From an uncultured Gammaproteobacteria bacterium (GTDB lineage: Bacteria > Patescibacteriota > Patescibacteriia > UBA9934 > CAZDDW01), in NCBI GenBank assembly GCA_964504365.1, contig CAZDDW010000002.1:53246-117245 (forward strand): a stretch of 64,000 bases of DNA, written 5' to 3'. The notes beneath the pieces are model-generated. The model was given only the letters and a program-made list of their open reading frames with translations. It was not told where the DNA came from and made no database searches. Positions 57,514 through 64,000 of the stretch are shown one piece after another (the first letter of the stretch is position 1; each line of letters begins with the position of its first letter). The position numbers and the translations under genes were made by a program.

Positions 57514-59160
57514 ATGATCGCTGAAGTTTATTTGATAAAGCGACTGCCGCGCCAGATGGCGTTTTTTGATTATAGGATCCCAGATGAAATGGAAGTGCAA
57601 CGAGGGGCCTTGGTTAATGTGCCGTTTCGCAATCAAACTGTACGCGGGATTGTGGCTGGCATAAAAAAAGAATCTGAGCACGCTAATATCAAGGCTGTTG
57701 GCGAATTGATTGATCCAGAATTCCTAAGCAACGCAGAGCTTGCTGTTTACGAGAGCGTGGCTGAAAAGATCGTACAATCTGTGCCAGCCATCCTTGATAC
57801 GGCTTTTTTACCTCCACGTAAGCGCGCTTCAACAATCGAACACACTAAACCAACATCGATCACAAACAAAGTTCGCGAGCAGGAAGTAGAACATATCCGT
57901 TCAACAATCGAATTACTAAATAATGGCGGGGATCATTTTATCCAATCAACAGACATTGTTCAAAGCACAGCCGTGATCGAAACCTGGTTGCGTAAGAATG
58001 AATCGAATAAACAATGCTTGATCTTGTTATCCCACGTCCATGATGCAGACATGATCGCTGCCGCACTATCAGGAATCGATCCAACCATGACTGTTCTAGA
58101 TAGCCGATCTACCAAACCACAGCGTGCAGATATTGCTAAAGCTTGGCGCAAGGGCGAAATAAAAACATTAATTGCCACCAGGATCGGGTCAGTCTTGCCA
58201 GCCAAAGATCTGGGCTCCATCTTTGTTGTTCGCTCTGGATCTGATGAACATGCTCAGTACGATCGCAATCCTCGCTATGATGCGCGTGACTTTGCTTGGC
58301 ATTGGCATCAAGCCACGGGCGCAACTCTAGCATTTTTCGACGTGGTTCCTCGTGTCAGCGATGTCGTACTCTTGAACTCAAAACCTGCAACTCAAAGCCC
58401 GCAACTTTTAGCCGACACGACCGTTCTTGATCTTAAAGAAGAACGTCAAAAAACCGACACCCCAATCCTATCTGACCCCTTAATCAAGGCAATGGACATG
58501 GCTTTACAAAACAAACAAAAAGTGATACTCTCCTTTAATCTTAAAGAAAGCCAAGAGCTTGGGCTGATGTTGGCAAAACGCTTTCCCCACGCAAAGATTT
58601 CTAGAATTCATAAAGACATAGACAAACCTGAATCTGTTGATTACGATATAATGCTTGCTACCCAATACTATTTCGAAAACATCTTTGATCCTTTCCGCGA
58701 TCGTAACATCGGATTAGTTGCTGAGCTGAACGTAGACTTGGGTCTGCGCGAACCATTTTACACTGCCACCGAAAATACATTGATTCGACTTTTAGAACTA
58801 CGTGGAATCGCATTCAGACAAAGATGCAAGTTTATCGTTCAGACCTGGTCAAGTAATCTCGTCAAACAAATGTTGGATAATCCTTGGACAATCTTGAAAG
58901 CCGAAGACGACGTGCGCAAACAGTTTGCTTATCCGCCACATGGCCGGATCTGGCGTGTGTTTTCTAGGGGGGCTGAAAAAATTGAATTCGTTAAAGAAAA
59001 AATAGAATCTGCAATTCCTAAGATTAAGATGACCCAGTCTGACCAAATCCTAGACATCCGATCTGAGCTTAAATACACTGAAAAAATCAACAACATCTTA
59101 AAAACTCTGCCAGATTCGTATATAATAGAAATTGACCCAGAACGGGTTAGAAAACTATGA
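57514..59160 (+). CDS. priA: Primosomal protein N' (PriA) homolog with degenerate Walker A/B motifs and no Cys-rich zinc region
   Basis: The N-terminal 3'-DNA-binding domain is PriA-like (FFDYRIPDEMEVQRGALVNVPFRNQTVRGIV). Helicase-domain homology follows (…KAWRKGEIKTLIATRIGSVLPAKDLGSIFVVRSGSDEHAQYD…RYDARDFA…). GxGKT is absent, DEEH is replaced by SDEH, and there are no CxxC clusters. The gene order priA-def-fmt is conserved. Confidence 0.7.
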   Translation: MIAEVYLIKRLPRQMAFFDYRIPDEMEVQRGALVNVPFRNQTVRGIVAGIKKESEHANIKAVGELIDPEFLSNAELAVYESVAEKIVQSVPAILDTAFLPPRKRASTIEHTKPTSITNKVREQEVEHIRSTIELLNNGGDHFIQSTDIVQSTAVIETWLRKNESNKQCLILLSHVHDADMIAAALSGIDPTMTVLDSRSTKPQRADIAKAWRKGEIKTLIATRIGSVLPAKDLGSIFVVRSGSDEHAQYDRNPRYDARDFAWHWHQATGATLAFFDVVPRVSDVVLLNSKPATQSPQLLADTTVLDLKEERQKTDTPILSDPLIKAMDMALQNKQKVILSFNLKESQELGLMLAKRFPHAKISRIHKDIDKPESVDYDIMLATQYYFENIFDPFRDRNIGLVAELNVDLGLREPFYTATENTLIRLLELRGIAFRQRCKFIVQTWSSNLVKQMLDNPWTILKAEDDVRKQFAYPPHGRIWRVFSRGAEKIEFVKEKIESAIPKIKMTQSDQILDIRSELKYTEKINNILKTLPDSYIIEIDPERVRKL

Positions 59161-59630
59161 TCAAACCAATCTTAACTGAACCCAATCACGATCTACGCCT
59201 TAAGTCAGATAAGGTCCATCTTCGTCATATTGAAAAAGAAGAAACCCAAGAACTCATTGATGACATGATTGAAACCATGAACCACGCAGACGGGATTGGT
59301 TTGGCTGCACCACAGATTGGTGTGCTAAAACGAATTATAATTGTTGATACAAAGAAAAAAGGACCACAAGCTTTTATTAATCCAAAAGTGGCTAGTCGTT
59401 CTTTGTTGCGCGTTCAGGCTGAAGAAGGTTGCTTGTCAGTACCAGGGATTTTTGGAATCGTTAAACGATATCGTAAAGTCACTATCAAGGCCCTTGATCG
59501 GCATGGTTGTAAAGTTAAGTTTCGAATTGGTGGCATGGAAGCAGTCATTTTTCAACATGAGATCGATCATTTGAATGGCATGTTGTTTACTGACCGAGCT
59601 CATCATTTCACAAATCCACCAAAGATGTAA
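59157..59630 (+). CDS. def: Peptide deformylase
   Basis: All three motifs are present: GIGLAAPQIG, EGCLSVPG and HEIDHLNG. Confidence 0.92.
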   Translation: MIKPILTEPNHDLRLKSDKVHLRHIEKEETQELIDDMIETMNHADGIGLAAPQIGVLKRIIIVDTKKKGPQAFINPKVASRSLLRVQAEEGCLSVPGIFGIVKRYRKVTIKALDRHGCKVKFRIGGMEAVIFQHEIDHLNGMLFTDRAHHFTNPPKM

Positions 59631-59631
59631 T

Positions 59632-60468
59632 ATGACCCGGGTTGTTTTTTTTGGCACACCAGATATTGCAGTCCCTTTTCTCGATGCCCTAAATACGGCA
59701 TCGAATTTTGATATTGTTGGCGTGGTTACGCAGCCAGACAAACCAGTTGGTCGTAAGCAAGTATTAACCCCGTCACCAGTAAAGGTTCGCGCTGAAGAGC
59801 TTGGACTTAATGTTTTAGAACTGAAAAACCTGAAGTCAGATCGTGCAAACTCAAAACTCAAAACTCTTAACCCACAACTTTTCGTAGTCTTTGCCTACGG
59901 CAAGATCATTCCGCAGAGCGTACTTGATCTTGCGCCAACACTGAATGTTCACCCTTCCCTTTTACCAAAATATCGCGGACCATCACCAATGCAGTCTGCG
60001 ATTCTGAATGGCGAGACCGAAACCGGAATCTCAATTATGCTATTGGACGCAGGCATGGACAGTGGCCCTATTTTATCGCAAGAAAAGCTCAAGCTAACGG
60101 ATTACGAAACAGCTGAAACTTTGGAACAAAGAGTTTGTGATGTTGGACCAAAGTTGTTGCTCAATGCAATTCAAGGATATTTGGACGACGCAATCAAACC
60201 AGTGGCACAAGATGATTCGCAAGCAACAACTTGTCACATGCTTGAACGCGCTGATGCTGAGATTACATTGAATGAAACTCTACAGGAGATTGATCGTAAG
60301 ATCCGCGCTTTTACCCCATGGCCTGGAACTTATTTCGAACACGATGAAAAGCGCGTTAAAATTCTAAAAGCCCGACTCGACGAGTCAGGCTTGAATCTGC
60401 TTGAGGTTCAACCAGCTGGTAAAAAACCAATGAGCATCGACCAATTCATCAACGGCTATCTGTCGTAG
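59632..60468 (+). CDS. fmt: Methionyl-tRNA formyltransferase
   Basis: N-terminus VVFFGTPDIAVPFLDAL…, a formyltransferase core (HPSLLPKYRGPSP), and a C-terminal domain. The start is taken at ATG 59632. Confidence 0.88.
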   Translation: MTRVVFFGTPDIAVPFLDALNTASNFDIVGVVTQPDKPVGRKQVLTPSPVKVRAEELGLNVLELKNLKSDRANSKLKTLNPQLFVVFAYGKIIPQSVLDLAPTLNVHPSLLPKYRGPSPMQSAILNGETETGISIMLLDAGMDSGPILSQEKLKLTDYETAETLEQRVCDVGPKLLLNAIQGYLDDAIKPVAQDDSQATTCHMLERADAEITLNETLQEIDRKIRAFTPWPGTYFEHDEKRVKILKARLDESGLNLLEVQPAGKKPMSIDQFINGYLS

Positions 60469-61999
60469 AGGTCATGGCTGGTGTAGCTTGCGCAGTTGGT
60501 TTTTTTGTTTTCATTTTTTCTTTAACTGCTTCCAAAGACAGTTTTGCTTCGCTTGGAGTTAAGAACGGGATAAGGAAGATCAAAAAACCAAGTCCGATCG
60601 GATGATTCAAAAACGGTGTGAACACATGCAATACAAACAAAGCAACCACACTGCGCAAGAAAGCAACCATTAACCAACCAGCATCACCTTTCTTGGCTGA
60701 ATTCCAAAGCGATAGAACATAAAAAACAAACAACCAGACAAAAGCCAGGATTCCAAGAAACCCCATTTTCAACCAAACATCCAACCAACCCCATTCAAAC
60801 GCATAGGTCTCAGCCGTGCCGCCAGTTGCAACCATTCTCGGATCCTCACTCTCATACTCAATAACAGTTCCGAATCCACTTCCAGTAAACGGAAGTTTTT
60901 TTATCTGCAGCATCATTGGCTCAACCAGATTCCAGCGGCTGCGTGCTGCAGCTTCATCAAGTTCTGTTGCCCGGTCTGCAAGCAGTGACCCAAACCCACC
61001 AGCACCTAGATTATCTGGAAACGGAAAAGCAACAATACCAAAGAGTAATACTATCGAAACAATGGCTGCTGAACAAACAATCATGATTCGTCCAACAAAA
61101 GATTTCCATGCTGGTATGAATTTGAATTTCTTTTTGTTAAACAAGAAAGCCAAGGCCGCCAGGATTCCAATAAATACACCGAGCCAGAAACTACGTGACA
61201 TACTAATCACGATCGTGGCCATGGATCCAACAAGGCCGAGATAGACTAGCCAGCGATCCTGCTTTCTTTGCCAAAGCAGGACGCAGAGCGAAACCAAAAC
61301 AAACAACCCAACAATGACCCAGAACTGTGATTGCAAGAAAACACGAAAGATATCGCCGCTAACCCGAGTCAGCTCTGCAATCCGCGCATCACGGAAGAAC
61401 GTATACAAGACCTCTTCTAAACCTTCACTAGCATGTGAGAAAACATAAAGCAAAGCCAGGGTCTCGACAATTAACCAGGTTACACCTGCAGACAGAACCT
61501 GAAGTAGCTGTCGTCTCTTTGTTGCCACCCAGTTGACACTGAGCATTGGCAAAAGATACAAAGCATAAAAATATGCATTCATGTCGTTAAACACGTTCAT
61601 GAGATCATTTCCTCGTGCCCAGCCGATCACACCCCCGACAACCACAGCTAACCCTAGCAGCAACCATGGATACAACCGCGCATCATCATATCGATACTGT
61701 GACTTCTTCAAGGCCACTCGAACAACCCAAGCCAGCATGACTGCTACAAAAATACCCATCCTGATCGAGAATGAGTCAAACGAAAATAAATGCCCGTGTG
61801 AGCCAACCATTAACTCAGTAAACGCAACCAGAAGCCCAAGCTCAAGCTTCCAGATCGACAATGCCAAGACAACCAAACTAATCAGAATGACGATCACCGC
61901 CTCAATTGGCGTATCTAAAACAAAAAATGCCACCAGATGCGCTAGCGCGATCCCTAACAAACACCACCAAAAAGTTTTCCCAAAAAATTGTTCTTTCAT
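60449..61999 (-). CDS. O-antigen ligase/polymerase-like (Wzy_C family) polytopic membrane protein
   Basis: 516 aa with ~12 TM helices and a central periplasmic loop. The family assignment is tentative. Confidence 0.5.
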   Translation of the reverse strand: MKEQFFGKTFWWCLLGIALAHLVAFFVLDTPIEAVIVILISLVVLALSIWKLELGLLVAFTELMVGSHGHLFSFDSFSIRMGIFVAVMLAWVVRVALKKSQYRYDDARLYPWLLLGLAVVVGGVIGWARGNDLMNVFNDMNAYFYALYLLPMLSVNWVATKRRQLLQVLSAGVTWLIVETLALLYVFSHASEGLEEVLYTFFRDARIAELTRVSGDIFRVFLQSQFWVIVGLFVLVSLCVLLWQRKQDRWLVYLGLVGSMATIVISMSRSFWLGVFIGILAALAFLFNKKKFKFIPAWKSFVGRIMIVCSAAIVSIVLLFGIVAFPFPDNLGAGGFGSLLADRATELDEAAARSRWNLVEPMMLQIKKLPFTGSGFGTVIEYESEDPRMVATGGTAETYAFEWGWLDVWLKMGFLGILAFVWLFVFYVLSLWNSAKKGDAGWLMVAFLRSVVALFVLHVFTPFLNHPIGLGFLIFLIPFLTPSEAKLSLEAVKEKMKTKKPTAQATPAMTSTTDSR

Positions 62000-62458
62000 T
62001 TAGTTGCTGTTATTCAAGAAAACCTGGTCCGGGGTGACCCACTTAGAAACCTCAAGCGCGTTACAAGCAATGGCTTGGTATCCTGCCTCTTCAACAGAAA
62101 TCGGTTGCCCGCCGTAAGTATAAGACCAGGCAATTGTCTCTGTTATTGTCCCTGGCGTGGTCTGACAACCGCCTAAAGTTGAATAAGGACAAGTGTTATC
62201 AGAATAAACCCCAACCCCCTGACAATTCAACGCCTTAACCTCAGGTGTGTCCCAGTACGAACCAATATAGTCAACACAAGTACTCTTTTCAGCAATCACG
62301 TTACATGACCCGCGAACACGATAATCTTCTTCGATCTCTTCAATCAACTCCTCAACATCTTCATATTCAATTTGTTGATCTTCGGGTAGTCCCTGAGAAC
62401 AACCGCCGCCGACCAAAACCAAAACCAATGGCAAAATAAAATATTTTGTTTTATTCAT
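62000..62458 (-). CDS. Cys-rich secreted lipoprotein, hypothetical
   Basis: A signal peptide with lipobox LVGGGC and eight or more Cys residues in the mature part. Confidence 0.5.
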   Translation of the reverse strand: MNKTKYFILPLVLVLVGGGCSQGLPEDQQIEYEDVEELIEEIEEDYRVRGSCNVIAEKSTCVDYIGSYWDTPEVKALNCQGVGVYSDNTCPYSTLGGCQTTPGTITETIAWSYTYGGQPISVEEAGYQAIACNALEVSKWVTPDQVFLNNSN

Positions 62459-62999
62459 ATATGTCTATACATTCAGTGAATTCCCATTCAAGGAAGTCAG
62501 CTGATTGCTCAGCCTCGTCCCAAGTATATGTTGCCCAAAAACCACAGTCCCCTAACCCGCGTGACTTTTCTTGCCGAATAAAGGTCTGGTCTTCCGGAAG
62601 ATACGAGAGGCCAATCGGGGTCTGTGTTGTTTGCCATCCGTCTTCTTCTGAATCGTCTGGAATGTCAAAACTCAAAATCTCATTCCCATCGTTGTGCACG
62701 TAAATAGCAACGTAATTATTCTGATAAGCAAAGTAGTCGCATGGCAGGACGATTAATTGTCCGATCTCAACTTGGTAATCAAAGTAACCTTGAAAATCTT
62801 CTGGCCAATACCCTTCTATCGGACCGCGACAATCCAACCCGGCCTCGTTGACCAGATTCAACCAATAATCAGAACTCTTGACTAGTGGCCGCTCATGCTG
62901 CACTGGCAGACTACTCAGGAACGTGTACAATCCCAAAACAACAACAACCGCGATCAGGATCAATGGGATTTTACTTTTCAGTGCCATACTATATTTCAA
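62451..62999 (-). CDS. Membrane-anchored hypothetical protein
   Basis: An N-terminal TM helix followed by a hydrophilic 150-aa domain. Confidence 0.5.
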   Translation of the reverse strand: MKYSMALKSKIPLILIAVVVVLGLYTFLSSLPVQHERPLVKSSDYWLNLVNEAGLDCRGPIEGYWPEDFQGYFDYQVEIGQLIVLPCDYFAYQNNYVAIYVHNDGNEILSFDIPDDSEEDGWQTTQTPIGLSYLPEDQTFIRQEKSRGLGDCGFWATYTWDEAEQSADFLEWEFTECIDIYE

Positions 63000-63486
63000 T
63001 TCCTAAGTAAGCACGAATTAGGTAACCGATCGCAAATGACACCAAAGCCACACCCAAACTAATGCCTGCCATTTCTAAAAAGCGAGCTGGGAATGATAGT
63101 TTATTGGCTCGGGCTATGTAATAGTTAAACACGGCGATAATAAACAATGCAATCAACACCGTTAGTCCAAGACACAAAAAATGATTAGTGAAAATAAAAA
63201 ACGGTGCAATTAGCAAAAGCACAGTTACAATATAAGAAGATCCAGTGTAAATACCTGACCGAATCGGACGGTGTCCGTGATTCTCAGTCTTCACAGCAAG
63301 ATACTGCGAAGCGGCCATAGACATGGCTGCTGCCACCCCAGTGATCAAACCAACTACAGCAATTAAACGTGTATTTTGCAAAGCTAATGTATAACCAGCC
63401 AAGGCGCCTGTTAGCTCAACCAGAGCATCATTTAATCCAAGCACAATCGAACCTGTGTACTTTAAATGTCTACGTCGAAATATCAT
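62989..63486 (-). CDS. VIT1/CCC1-family membrane domain protein (short form)
   Basis: LGLNDALVELTGALAGYTLA matches the VIT-family motif (G-NDGLVS…G). The start is taken at MIFRRR. Confidence 0.55.
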   Translation of the reverse strand: MIFRRRHLKYTGSIVLGLNDALVELTGALAGYTLALQNTRLIAVVGLITGVAAAMSMAASQYLAVKTENHGHRPIRSGIYTGSSYIVTVLLLIAPFFIFTNHFLCLGLTVLIALFIIAVFNYYIARANKLSFPARFLEMAGISLGVALVSFAIGYLIRAYLGIEI

Positions 63487-63524
63487 ACCTATACATTCTA
63501 TCAAATGTGGTATAATCCAGCCAA

Positions 63525-64000
63525 TATGGATAACATTGAATGTGAAATCAGGGCTATTATAAAGAAAAAAGATATTCCGGCCTTGCGACGACAATTAAAA
63601 AAACGCGGCAAGCTTACTAGTAAAGATCGCCGCTTGTCAGTCATGTTATTTCGCTGTGACCCAGAAGCAGATCTTGATCTACGCATTCGCGTGACCAACG
63701 GAGAGTGTGAAATGGTTATGAAACGAGGCGATCATCATTCATCTGATCGTGTTGAAACGGCACAGGAAATTGAGCCTGGCCAATTTGTTGGCATGACAAA
63801 ATTATTCCTTCAATTCGACTGGAACTGGACTAAGGTTGGCGCACGTGATTCTGAAAATTATGATCTTGGTCATGGAGTGATCGCTACTATTGCCTCAGCT
63901 GGTGAATATCGATACTTGGAGCTTGAAAAAATGGCTAGCAAAAAAACACTGTCTAAAATTCAAAAAGAGCTCGAAGCGCTTGCTAACGAGCTCGGGGTTG
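63525..64000 (+). CDS. CYTH-domain protein (class IV adenylyl cyclase/triphosphatase-like), 3'-truncated by the window edge
   Basis: The N-terminal ExExK motif (ECEIRA) is present. A TGtGGTATAAT extended -10 box lies at ~63503-63513. The ORF continues past the window end. Confidence 0.55.

Noticed and set aside
1-64000. tRNA, rRNA, tmRNA and RNase P genes
   Set aside because: No tRNA-like cloverleaf ends (GTTCGA…CCA context) or rRNA-like conserved stretches were seen. The one candidate RNA at 20016-20262 does not match tmRNA or RNase P hallmarks.

Overview
The backbone is low-GC (~40%) and gene-dense, with standard genetic code (TGA is a stop). Adjacent genes often overlap stop/start (ATGA), and native genes almost never have a Shine-Dalgarno (SD) sequence. 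This looks like a reduced-genome, CPR-like bacterium. Recognisable backbone genes include pepA (5'-truncated), thiI, rsmI, metG, a cvpA-like gene, tatD, a complete V/A-type ATPase operon (G/H-I-K-E-C-F-A-B-D), a UvrD-type helicase fused to a Cas4-like Fe-S nuclease, mreBCD-mrdA, greA, a LysRS fused to a C-terminal HD domain, serS, alr, ftsQ, pgi, an M23 peptidase, gltX, tagA/wecG, a U32 peptidase, clpB behind a perfect CIRCE operator, a Walker-degenerate priA followed by def-fmt, an O-antigen-ligase-like gene, a VIT1-like gene and a 3'-truncated CYTH gene.

The main finding is five short high-GC (~58-65%) islets inserted into intergenic gaps, at about 6.66-9.79 kb, 18.43-22.87 kb, 32.11-33.69 kb, 48.62-49.70 kb and 52.40-55.32 kb. 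Their small orphan genes all have canonical SD sites (AAAGGAG/AGGAGG), unlike the backbone. Every islet uses the same regulatory pattern: TTGACA, 16-18 nt, then an extended -10 of the form TGnTAA(G/A/C)(T/C)T, and a GC hairpin followed by (C)TTTTTCTTTTG that often runs straight into the next TTGACA. One identical terminator-promoter module occurs three times in the second islet. The islets also hold paralogous gene pairs, a candidate ~245-nt sRNA with its own promoter and a bidirectional terminator, several perfect palindromes (26 and 34 bp) and a symmetric divergent promoter. No integrase, transposase, tRNA, att duplication or CRISPR array was found. The islet proteins cannot be assigned to known families from sequence alone.
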